Positions 24,365-34,737 of a DNA stretch of 64,000 nt are shown here, one piece after another (the stretch's first letter is position 1; every line of letters begins with the position of its first letter). The translations under genes and the position numbers were made by a program. This DNA is from Azolla caroliniana (taxonomy: Eukaryota > Plantae > Polypodiophyta). The DNA is taken from NCBI GenBank assembly GCA_043228905.1, contig JBHGNT010000008.1, positions 5,642,001-5,706,000 on the forward strand, written 5' to 3'. A model generated the notes under the pieces. That model did not search any database. It was given only the letters and a program-made list of their open reading frames with translations, and had not been told where the DNA came from.

Positions 24365-26491
24365 ATGAGGGGGTCGGATCTTGCAGAGGCCATGGCTTCG
24401 GCCGTGGATCGGATATTGAGCACACGCGAGGGCACTGGTGCCCTCGACAGAGCCATTGAGGCGGTCGTCTGTACGATCGGCCGTTTCAGCGGAAAGGATG
24501 CTACGAAGTATTTGGCGTCCTACGGGGCGGAAATGCTGATGCGGGACATTCCGGAAGAAAGGCGTCTTGCCGGGTTCCCTCGAGCGGCGATGCCGAGCAT
24601 CCATGCGGAGGTGCTCGAGGTACGGGCGGAGAGCAGTACCTGGGAGGAGTTCGAAGGCCGACTCCTAGAGAAATATGGGCTGGACGACGCGCTCCGGCTT
24701 TCGAAACGGGACTTCATGGAATGGGTGGAGTCCCCCGGCAAAGGAAGAAACGCGTCGGCACTCCTCCGGGAGTTCGAAGAACGCTTTGCGCGCCTTTCGG
24801 CGCTTGACCGAACCATTCTGGATACGAGCCGGGTCCTACTGTTCGTCAAGTCGGTGGACGAGCGGGACCGGGATCAAGTCGGCTCCTTGCTGGAAACCGA
24901 AGACGGGCTGACAATCGACTGGGCTGCGGTTAAGAGAGTCTGTGGCCGCTTCGACAAACGGCGAGAATGGGCTGACAACGGGGCGGCCGATGCGGGCTCT
25001 GTTACAGCAAGGAGGCTTGAACCGGCACCGCAAGTGCGAAGGGAAGAAACCCGGGAATGGCTCGAAACCGGTCCGGCTTCGACCAGCATGGTCAATGGCT
25101 CGTCCGGAGGAGCAGCGCTAGAGGAGTTGACGCGGGCGATAAAGGATCTCCAGATCGCCCAAACTCGAAGGGAAGGCGGCGAACCGGCTCGTGACCGACG
25201 GCCGGCAGCGGGGAACAGGTGCATGTGGTGCGACGAGGTCGGCCACATTCGGAAGGACTGCGGCGATTTCGCAGAGGCGTTGAGAAACCGGGTGGTGTAC
25301 CTGTGGGAAGGCCGGGTGCACGCTGGCGACACCAGGAGGGCCCTGAGCTGAAACGACGGGCGAGGAGGTATGAAGAGACTGATGGAAGAGGCAGCGGCCC
25401 GGCACGTGGAGGCCATCCACTACTCGGCGTCAGCCGGTATTCGGGTCGGGGGCAGCGAGGCCCGAAAGGAGAGTAAAGACGGTTTCTGGCCGGCAATGCT
25501 GGAAGGCCTCGCCGGCGCGCGGCTGAGGAAAGATGAAACAGACCGCGCTGAGAGACGGGTCCGGGAAATAACCGGGTGGAGCGATCCGGTCGAGGAGAAG
25601 ACGGGCTTCGTAGAAGCCGCTTGCCGGAACTACGAGGCTCTGGTAGAAGAAAAACGAGTGGGGAAAGCCGGAGCGGCCGGGCCCTCACAACGGTACGAGA
25701 CCCGATTCGGGCAACGACGGAACGATGCCGGTGGGTCCGGCCCGCAAGATAACCCCAGGAAGGGCGGGTACCGACTAGGGACAGAAATAGAAAGGACTAC
25801 GGACCTACGAAAGGTCCTAGAAGAACGGATTCTCGACAACAAAGTGGAGCTGTCATTACGGGAGGTGCTAGGGATTGCCAAGAAGGAGTTCCACGACTCC
25901 ATTATAGACTTGGTGAAACGGAAGAGACTGTCGACGGAGACGGAACCGGAAAGACCGGTGGAGGTGCGGACGACGCACATCGACGACTCGGCGCTGGAAG
26001 ATGAGTGGGCGGAGAGCCACTATTCGAGGCCACACTGGGCCCGAGCGACCACGGAGACCCTGGTAAAGATCGGAGATGTTCAGGAACCGGTGGTGGCGTT
26101 GGTGGACCACGGTTCGGAAATAAACCTAATGTCCATGGACTTCTATAAGAAGGGAAAGTGGCCGATCAACACCAGGCACGGGTGGAAGATACGGGCGGCG
26201 ACGCGCGCCACCAAGGAACTGCACGGGGCCTGCCCGAATGTGCGAGTAAAGATCGGCGACATCGAGATTGACCAGCACTTCTTCGTACAGGAGACGTCCT
26301 CGCATCCGGTCATATTAGGGGAACCATACATCACGGCGGCGAGAATGGAGACCAAGGTGCTGGAAAACGGTTCGGCCTACGCGAGGGTCAAAAGCCAGGA
26401 CGGGCGCCATTCGGTGCAATTTTTGACGGTGCAGCCGAACCACGAGAGAAACCGCGAATCCCTCGGTGGCGAGTGCCGGGAGGATTTTTAG
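24365..26491 (+). pseudogene. gag: Gag-protease ORF of element C with one in-frame stop at 25349-25351
   Basis: Zinc knuckle CMWCDEVGHIRKDC and protease motifs LVDHGSEINL and ILGEPY. ORFs ending at 25351 and starting at 25370 are in the same frame. Confidence 0.8.
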
Positions 26492-29400
26492 AGAGGGCTG
26501 CCAAGGCGTGGGGCCGAGACAGCCCGGACACTCGGAAAAGACCCGACTGTACGATAGGTAGGGGATTTTGCTTCTCCGACAACGGAGGGTGTATGATGAT
26601 CGGCATCGTTGGCCGAGAAACGACAAGGGCGGAAGAGCGACTTCGAGCGTGCGGAGTTCTCGGCCCGGACGAGGAAATCAGCGGAGCCGTGGAGGCGGTC
26701 TCCTTCGACGACACCTTAGGGATGCTGAGGAAGGTTGCTGGAGAAGACCTTAACGAAGACCGGACGATACCGGTATGTTCCAAGGAGATGTACGAAGTCA
26801 TCGCGAACTTCAGTCGGGGGCTCGGGTCGGATCAGACGGCCCGAGTTAGCACAAAGTACAAGACTGTGGACCGGAAGGTAAGGCCAGTCGCGGCACCCTT
26901 ACTGGAGGGCAGCGAGTCCCGGATCAGAGGGGTTGCGTCGGACCCCAGTTTACGAGATCCGGCCTGCATAGGACACACCTTCACCGACGGGACGCTCCGG
27001 GAGCTCAAAATCGGTGGGGGCGGGTTCCTACTTCCGGCGGAGGAAGACCGGTTTCGGAGGATGCTCGGAAGGCACAGGAAAGGCTTCGCATTCTCACCGG
27101 AAGAGATCGGGTGCGTAGACCCGACGATCGTGGAGCCGATGTTGATATTCACGGTACCGCATGTGTCGTGGAATCTCAAGCCGATTCCGGTACCGAGAGC
27201 TCACATCCCGAAGTTGATGGAGCTATTGAGGCAGAAAGTAGATATGGGCATTCTTGAACCGTCGAGTGCCCCATACTCGAACCGATGGTTTACCGTACCG
27301 AAGAAAAACGGAACGTTGCGCTTCATTCAAGACCTGCAGCCGGTCAACAAAGTGACCATTCGAAACGCAGGAATCGGACCGACCATAGACGAGTTCGCGG
27401 AGGCCTTTGCCGGAAGGTCGATTTACTCGGTCGGTGATCTGTACTCAGGGTACGACCAGTTCCAGCTAGCCGTGGAGAGCAGAGACATTACGACGATGCG
27501 AACTCCCCTCGGCCTAGTGCGAATGTGTACCCTGCCACAAGGAGGGACTAACTCGGTGGCTCACATGGTAAATGCAATGAACAAGGTACTGAGGGATTGC
27601 ATCCCCGACATCACCATGCCGTTTCTAGACGACATCCCGATTAAGGGGTGCCCAGTGGAGGAGAAGGACGAGACAGTCGGGCCGGACGGATGCCGGCGAT
27701 TCGTGGAGAAACACATCGACGACTGCGAGAAGGTGCTACAAAGGCTAGAGGATGCTAGGCTCACCTTCTCCGGGGAGAAATCGGCCTTCGGACAATTGGA
27801 AATCCTGGTAGTCGGGCACCTATGTGGGCCATATGGCCGGAAGCCGTCTCCGGCAAAGGTAGAAGCCATCTCCGCGATGAAGACCGACTGTAGCTCGGTT
27901 ACGGAAGTTCGGAGGTTCCTGGGGGCATGCGCATTCTACCACATATGGATCCCGCATTACGCCCACGTTGCGGAGCCACTATACGGGTTGCTGAAGAAGG
28001 GGCAAAGATTCGAGTGGCGAGACGAGCACACGGGGTCGGTCCGGAAGCTGAAGGAAGCTCTTGCGGCAGCTCCGGCGCTCCGGAAGGCTGTCTACGAGAA
28101 GGGTACCCCGGTATACATAACGGTGGATACGAGCCCGACCGGGATCGGATGGGTCGTCAACCAAGAAGACGAGGACGGCACCCGGTTCCCGATCCGATTC
28201 GGCGCTAAGGTCCTCAGTGAGCGACAGCGAGGGTACGCCCAGGTTAAACGCGAACTCTGGGGTATCGTTTCGGCGGTGAAGGCGGACAAAGACTACCTGA
28301 TCGGGACAGAAGTGATTATCGAGACGGATTGCCTGCCGATTCTTGGCATGGTTTCCGGATGCGCGACACCGGACCTGGCGATGCTCAGGTGGATAGCGTA
28401 CATCAAGTCCCTAGACCCAGAGATACGACACATTTCCGGAAAGGACAACGCCATGGCCGACATGCTTTCGAGGGCGAGGTTTGATGACGAGGGCGGCATG
28501 GTTTCGGAGGACGAAGAAGTCGGCGTGGACTTCTTCGAGGCGGCGTACGTGACGACCGTTGGGACGAGCACTCCGGCACTTAACGACTTCGACGAGAGCA
28601 AGTACGACGGCGAGTGGCTCCAGATCGGTGGATTCTTGAGGACAATGACGCCGGATGCGTCATGGACGAAGGACGAGGCCAACTGGATCCGGAAGAAAGC
28701 TTACCGATTCTTTCTCCGGGACGGATACTTATGGAAGCACCCGAGGAAGAGGGACGGCGCTCCGCTCCGGGTGGTGGTGATGAAGGAAGAACAGGAGGAG
28801 CTGCTGATGGCCTACCACGACAGCCCTTGGGCCGGACACCGTGGAACTTGGGCCACGTTCGAGAAGATAAAGGGGACGTACTGGTGGCCGGGACTGTACC
28901 GAGACGTGCATCGATTCGTGACAACTTGCGAGAGCTGTCAGATGCACTCCATAGTCCGACACCGGGATGAACTTCACCCTACGTACCCTCCGACCATCCA
29001 CTTCAAATGGATGGTAGACCTGGTAACGATGCCGATAGGAGTAGGACAGATGCGGTATCTGGTCCTGGCCCAGGAAGATCTAACGAACCAAGTGGAAGGC
29101 CGGGCCCTTCAGAACAAAACGACTGCAGTCGTATGTCGGTTCCTACTCGAGGACGTAATATGCCGGTACGGGTGCGTCGGGAAGATCGTGGCTGATCGCG
29201 GGGAGTTGGACGCCGAAGAGGCCGAGGAGTTGTTCGACCGGTTAGGGGTCAAGCTCTCGCTTACCACTGCGTACAATCCAGAGGCAAATGGGAAGGTGGA
29301 GCGTGGACACGGACCGATCGTCAAGGCGTTAGTTCGGGCATGCAGAGGTCAAGTCGGGAACTGGCCGCGGCTACTGCCTTACGCGTTGTGGGCTGACCGG

Positions 29401-29952
29401 ACTACGCACAGTTCGGTAACCGGATTCATGCCGACAGAGCTCATGTTTGGGCAGAAGCCGATCATGCCGATCGAACGTACGGTCTCCTCATGGGCAACCG
29501 TGGACTGGAGAGACGAGATGAGCCGGGAGGAACTGTTGACGGCGCGCATACGACAGCTCGAGCGGAGACCGGAGGACATGGAGCAGGCTGCGGAAAAGCT
29601 TCGGGTGGCCAGGACGAGGAACAAAGCCCGGTTCGACCGGACGCACCGGCTCCGACCGAAGAAGATCGAGGAAGGCGACTGGGTGCTAGTCTACGACAGC
29701 AGCCTCGACAACCAGCACCGAGCGACACGGAAATTCGCAAGAAGGTGGTTCGGGCCTTACGTGGTACAAAGCGCGAACGACAATGGGACGTACCATCTGG
29801 CGGAACTCGACGGCTCGAGAATGGCGGTACCGGTAGCTGGGAAATGGATCAAAGCGTTCAAGAAGCGTCACGACGACGAGCCGGATCCGGTTAACCTGGA
29901 CTGGGACGACGAACGATCCGAAACCGAGGAAGAACCGACGGGCGGGGAATGA
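26473..29952 (+). CDS. pol: Pol of element C (RT, RNase H, integrase), probably expressed by -1 frameshift
   Basis: Uninterrupted 1159-aa ORF with LRFIQDLQPVN, LPQG, FLDD, TDCLP, GHRG..CESC, NPEANGKVER and GPY. Confidence 0.92.
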   Translation: MPGGFLERAAKAWGRDSPDTRKRPDCTIGRGFCFSDNGGCMMIGIVGRETTRAEERLRACGVLGPDEEISGAVEAVSFDDTLGMLRKVAGEDLNEDRTIPVCSKEMYEVIANFSRGLGSDQTARVSTKYKTVDRKVRPVAAPLLEGSESRIRGVASDPSLRDPACIGHTFTDGTLRELKIGGGGFLLPAEEDRFRRMLGRHRKGFAFSPEEIGCVDPTIVEPMLIFTVPHVSWNLKPIPVPRAHIPKLMELLRQKVDMGILEPSSAPYSNRWFTVPKKNGTLRFIQDLQPVNKVTIRNAGIGPTIDEFAEAFAGRSIYSVGDLYSGYDQFQLAVESRDITTMRTPLGLVRMCTLPQGGTNSVAHMVNAMNKVLRDCIPDITMPFLDDIPIKGCPVEEKDETVGPDGCRRFVEKHIDDCEKVLQRLEDARLTFSGEKSAFGQLEILVVGHLCGPYGRKPSPAKVEAISAMKTDCSSVTEVRRFLGACAFYHIWIPHYAHVAEPLYGLLKKGQRFEWRDEHTGSVRKLKEALAAAPALRKAVYEKGTPVYITVDTSPTGIGWVVNQEDEDGTRFPIRFGAKVLSERQRGYAQVKRELWGIVSAVKADKDYLIGTEVIIETDCLPILGMVSGCATPDLAMLRWIAYIKSLDPEIRHISGKDNAMADMLSRARFDDEGGMVSEDEEVGVDFFEAAYVTTVGTSTPALNDFDESKYDGEWLQIGGFLRTMTPDASWTKDEANWIRKKAYRFFLRDGYLWKHPRKRDGAPLRVVVMKEEQEELLMAYHDSPWAGHRGTWATFEKIKGTYWWPGLYRDVHRFVTTCESCQMHSIVRHRDELHPTYPPTIHFKWMVDLVTMPIGVGQMRYLVLAQEDLTNQVEGRALQNKTTAVVCRFLLEDVICRYGCVGKIVADRGELDAEEAEELFDRLGVKLSLTTAYNPEANGKVERGHGPIVKALVRACRGQVGNWPRLLPYALWADRTTHSSVTGFMPTELMFGQKPIMPIERTVSSWATVDWRDEMSREELLTARIRQLERRPEDMEQAAEKLRVARTRNKARFDRTHRLRPKKIEEGDWVLVYDSSLDNQHRATRKFARRWFGPYVVQSANDNGTYHLAELDGSRMAVPVAGKWIKAFKKRHDDEPDPVNLDWDDERSETEEEPTGGE

Positions 29953-30578
29953 AGGCTAGACCGGTTTTCTCCGTCCCAACACAATTTGGCGCATGCCGGT
30001 GGATGCGCGGTTAGGTGGGGGCGGATGTCGTGAAGAAAACCGTCCACGAGCGGAATCGGTGCACCGGGGCGTAGAAACCGACTCTTCATGCACGTGCGCC
30101 TTAAGTTGTACATAGGAGATCCTAGGTAGATTCGGTAGGTAGGGAGTAAAGGGGAAACGGGTCCTTCCTTGCCTATAAAAGGAGGGAGACGAGGAGGGTA
30201 GAGGGATCGCGGAGAGTCGAGGACGAAGTGCTGTCGGTTTGCGTGCGAAGGCCTCTCTCTCTCTCTCTCTTTCTGGTTGCAAACGCCATAGCTTCCTTCT
30301 GTGCAGGTTTCGGGAGGCCCGCGCTGCTCTGAGGAATGCCCGAGTGCTTCCGGCAGCACCTCCAACCTACTCATTCCCCTCTGCGCGTTTACGAGCAGGT
30401 ATCGGCATCTGTTCGCCGGCCTGTTCGGTTGTAACCGACTTCGTGTTTTGTTGTCTTCGTGTTCTTGTTGTTTGTCTTGTCAATACATACATACTTTCGT
30501 GTCTTTCTGTGTCGCTGTCCCACTCGCGTCTTTGCGTCGAAGGGCCGTGTCCCTGTGAATCTACGCTCGCACGTAGTG

Positions 30579-30624
<46 letters not shown>

Positions 30625-30824
30625 TCTTCGGTACAGGACCCCTGAGGTCCCGCCTCACTCCACGCATCCGCGAGGAATACCTCGACAACGCCTTCTTCCT
30701 TTCTAGTAACTCTCGGAGCCCCGTGATAACGACTTCTGTCTTTTGGGCTTCCTCACGCAGCTTCTTGTTTTCTTCTTTTGTGCAGGTATGCGTTGTTGTC
30801 TCTGCCACGAGCTTATCCTCCAAT

Positions 30825-33800
30825 AACACCGGGACATTTGAAACAGGTAATATGTCGCATTTTGAGAACTGTCCATCAAAAAATGACACAAATTAGGTTG
30901 ATTCACAAAATGAAGTGCCGCATGCGTAAAGGAATTTGAAAAATGACCCAAAAATATATTGATTTTTAACATGTACGGAAATTTAGGTGTTCAAAAAAAT
31001 GCCTAAATAATGGACATGCCAAACTTACAAATGAATGTCCAAAATGACTAACCCCAATATTTATAGAAATTCTGAATCCAAATCTTGATGTGCAATACAA
31101 TATTTATAGTTAACGTATCAGGACAATCATTTTTCAAGTTTATGTCATCATCTTCATACCCATTAGATGAACTAGTACGAGTTTATGAGGTCTCATCCTC
31201 ATCATCAATGGCAACTAATGCATTGTGTTGATCCAATTGCAATCCAACCTCATCGAGTTTATGAGTCATGCTTCTTGTTTGTCTTTGTGTTGTGTCTGAA
31301 GCCACATTCCAGATCCTCTTTTAGTATCTTCATTGTGGTCTGTCACAGATAACTTGTTTTGGTCAAAGATAAGTCATACACTAATATATAAACATTATCC
31401 TATGTAAGAGTAGATGTGCTTGATGCATCTTTCCTCCTCACTTTTGGGTTATGATATTTCATTATGTACTTTCCATTTACAAGATTAGATTATGTGAGAG
31501 AAGCTTTCTACCAAAATCATTAGAATCTAAAAAATGTCTTAAAGATGTTTTCCATTTTTCTTAGATTCTCATAGTAAGCCTTTGATGTTGTACAGAAATC
31601 CGATTCATTCCATCTAGATTTGACGCAACATGTCGAATTTTACTCTATACATCTAGAATTGGATATAATGCATCAGATTCCTATAAGTCTTGGAATTTTT
31701 TTAAAAATTTCCATTAAAAAAATACTCTTGCATTTTAATGCATTGCATTGAATTCTAGCTACATAGACTAAAATATGATACATTGCATGGATTTCCCGAA
31801 AATACATAAATAAATACAAATTGAAAAAATAAAACATTTTCCCATAAATAAATAAATAAACATTTTTTATTTTACTCGTAAATAAATAAATAAAAATTGA
31901 AAAATTAGATTTCAATGGAAATCCAATTCCGTGCATCAGATTCAATTGAAAATCCAATTTCTCTTATTTTTTTGAAAATTTTCTTACTTTTTGAATTGTT
32001 TTTGAATTTGTTTTTATTTTTCCCATAAAAAAATAAATAAAAATTGAAAAAATGAATTTTCAACGGAAATCAAATGCACTGCATCGGATTTTGGTTGAAA
32101 GTCCACTTTTACGTATTTTTTTCCAAATTTTCTTTTTGTTTTGAATTTTTTTGAATTTTTTTGAATTTTTTTGAATTTTTTCTATAAAAAATAAATAAAT
32201 ATTGAAAAAATAGATTTTCAATGGAAATCTGATGCACTGCATCGGATTTCCGTAGAAAATCCACTTTTTCTTATTTTTTTCCAAATTTTCATAGTTTTTA
32301 GAATTTTTTTGGTATTTTGTTTGTCTATTTTCTCATAAATAACTATATAGAAATTGAAAAAATGAATTTTCAAAGGAAATCCGATGCAATGCATCGGATT
32401 TCTATTGAAAGTCCACTTTTTGCTATTTGTTACCAAATTTTCATATTTTAAAATATTTTTTTGTATTTTTTAATTTTTTTTTAATTTTTTCCCATAAATA
32501 AATAAATAAAAATTGCAAAAAATGGGTTTTCAACAGAAATCTGATGCACTACATCGGATTTCTATTGAAAATCCATTTTGTCTTATTTGTTTCCAATTTT
32601 TCAGATATTTTGAATTTGTTTTTGTATTTGTTTTGAATTGTTTTTGTTTTTATCATAAATAAATATATAGGAATTGAAAAAAATGGATTTTCAACGGAAA
32701 TCCGATGCACTGCATCGGATTTCCATTCAAAGTCCACTTTTTCTTGTTTGTTTATATTTTTCTCTAAAAAAGTGTTAAAAATAAACAAATTGTGATTTTC
32801 TCCATTTAAAATGATGTGTTTTCTGCATCGGATTCCCGTTGAAAACAGAACATTTTCAACAGGATTTTCAATGGATATCCCATGCACTGCATCGGATTTC
32901 CCTTCAAAATCACTGAGTTTCAACAGAAATCCGATGCAGTGCATCGGATTTCCGTTGAAAGTCCAATATTTTTCTTATGTTTTTTCATAAAACATTAATT
33001 TGCAATTGAAATCCGACTCAATGGTTCAGATTTTGTTGAAAATGTAATATTTTTTTATTATCTCATTGTTTTATGAAAAACCTAAAAGAAATTTGGATTT
33101 TTAATTGAAATTCGATGTAGTGCATTAGATTTTAGTTGGAAATCCACTTTTTTAATATATTTTTATTTATTTTTTGAAAAAATGAAAAACAATTGAAAAG
33201 AAAGAGGATTGCCAACTAAAATCTGATGCAATGCATCAATGTCTAGCTGTATAAACTACGATCTGATGTAGTGTATCGGATTTCAGTTGAAAAGCCGTTT
33301 ATTATTTTTTAATATGGAAAATAAATAAATAAATAACATTGGAAAAAGATAAAATAAAAATGGATTTTCGACTCTAATCCAACGCATTGCATTAGATTCT
33401 AGCTATATATACTAAAATATAATGTAGTGCATAGTATTTTAGCTGAAAATCCATTTTTTATTTTTTAATGGAAAAAATTTTAAAAATTACAAAAAAAAAA
33501 ACTTGGATTTTAAACTGAAATCTAGTGCATCGCATTGGATTCCAATTAAAAATCCAAGATTTTTTATTTTTTCAAATTTTATTGTTTCAAATTTTCAATG
33601 GGTTTTAGATTAGTTTTCTGACACAGGTATATAATATAAAACTTACATCAATTTAGATTAACGTTATATTCTATTCTTCAGTTTGATGTTACCTGTGCAA
33701 TTTCATTCTACTGTCATGTACTACTAAAACATATGCCTTAAAGATTATCAGGAACTCTGTTGCATTAGAGAAGGACCTTGAGCAAGTTAATGTCATCAAA

Positions 33801-34737
33801 ATGAGGATCCAAGGTATCTGGGGTTGTCCTGATCAAGACCAAGAAGTTGGGGCAAAGCATATCAATAAAACTTAGATGTTCCAGATGACTTTTAGAAAAC
33901 TTGTGGAACTATAGATGAAGACGCAGGGCAACTTGTTGAATTAGAAGACGTTTCAGAGTCTGAACATACTAACAATTCAACTTAGCGTATTGACGAAGCC
34001 AATGAGGGCAATCCTGATGAAAGAGCTAATCCTGAGTAGACGGCTTTACCAGACTTATTATTCGATTGAATGGTTATGGCTTATTGTAAATTTTGAACAA
34101 TATGAATTGTTAAATTTTGACGTAATATATAAGTTGAGCTTACTTATAATTTTCGTGTAACAATCATTGAACTTAGAAATTAAGTATACTTGTATGTGTA
34201 CATGTTATCTAAACTCTCCTTTATCATTTGGGGTATATCGGAGATAAGTTTATACTCTATCATTTACTCGTATGATTGGAATGTTATTGTAGACTAGTTT
34301 ATTTATACATTGATAGTGTCATGTATCACGTGTCAATGGAAATTTTCTCTTGACATAGTAGTATCTCTTAATTGCAAGGTTCACAATTTGCTTTAAGATG
34401 TATTATATTTAAATATACACACATAATTAGAAGAAGTCACTTATTCAATGGGGCATGCTTTTTAGAATATGCACAAGGACCCGTGTTACTATTATACTTG
34501 TGTTGACAAATACACCCCTGTCTAAGATTTGGACAAAAACATGGTAGATAGAATATATGTCGGATGATTTTGTTGACGTGATATTAGTTAGTTCTTTTTT
34601 TCGCTATGTTTTCATAAAGCACATACACATGCGTCGTGCCTTGTTGAAATTCTGCTTAAATAAGGCATTTTTTAACATCTCACTAAGATATGAAAAAGAG
34701 AATGCGACATATTACCTGTTTCAAATGACCCAGTGTT
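30825..34737. mobile_element. Non-autonomous DNA transposon with 37-bp TIRs and a 4-bp TSD; superfamily unassigned
   Basis: TIR AACAC(C/T)GGG(A/T)CATTTGAAACAGGTAATATGTCGCATT. TSD CAAT (30821-30824) and CAGT (34738-34741). Removing it restores the host ORF frame. Confidence 0.8.
31730..33560. repeat. Array of palindromic motifs GAAATCCGATGCA(C/G)TGCATCGGATTTC with A/T-tract spacers
   Basis: About 15 variably degenerate copies, with ~150-185 bp period over much of the array. Confidence 0.85.

Larger units (their letters stand above)
23662..30687 (+). mobile_element. Full-length Ylt1-like (fungal-type) Ty3/gypsy C
   Basis: LTRs 23662-24320 and 30026-30687 (about 10 differences). tRNA-Trp PBS TGGTGAACCCGACGTGAA at 24325-24342. 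G-rich PPT before 30026. Imperfect 4-bp TSD ACAT/ACGC. Confidence 0.93.

Noticed and set aside
18504-30374. Numerous antisense ORFs over the pol genes of B and C
   Set aside because: Shadow ORFs of GC-rich coding sequence.
31730-33560. Palindrome array as CRISPR or centromeric satellite
   Set aside because: The spacers are homologous A/T tracts, and the array is short and enclosed by TIRs.
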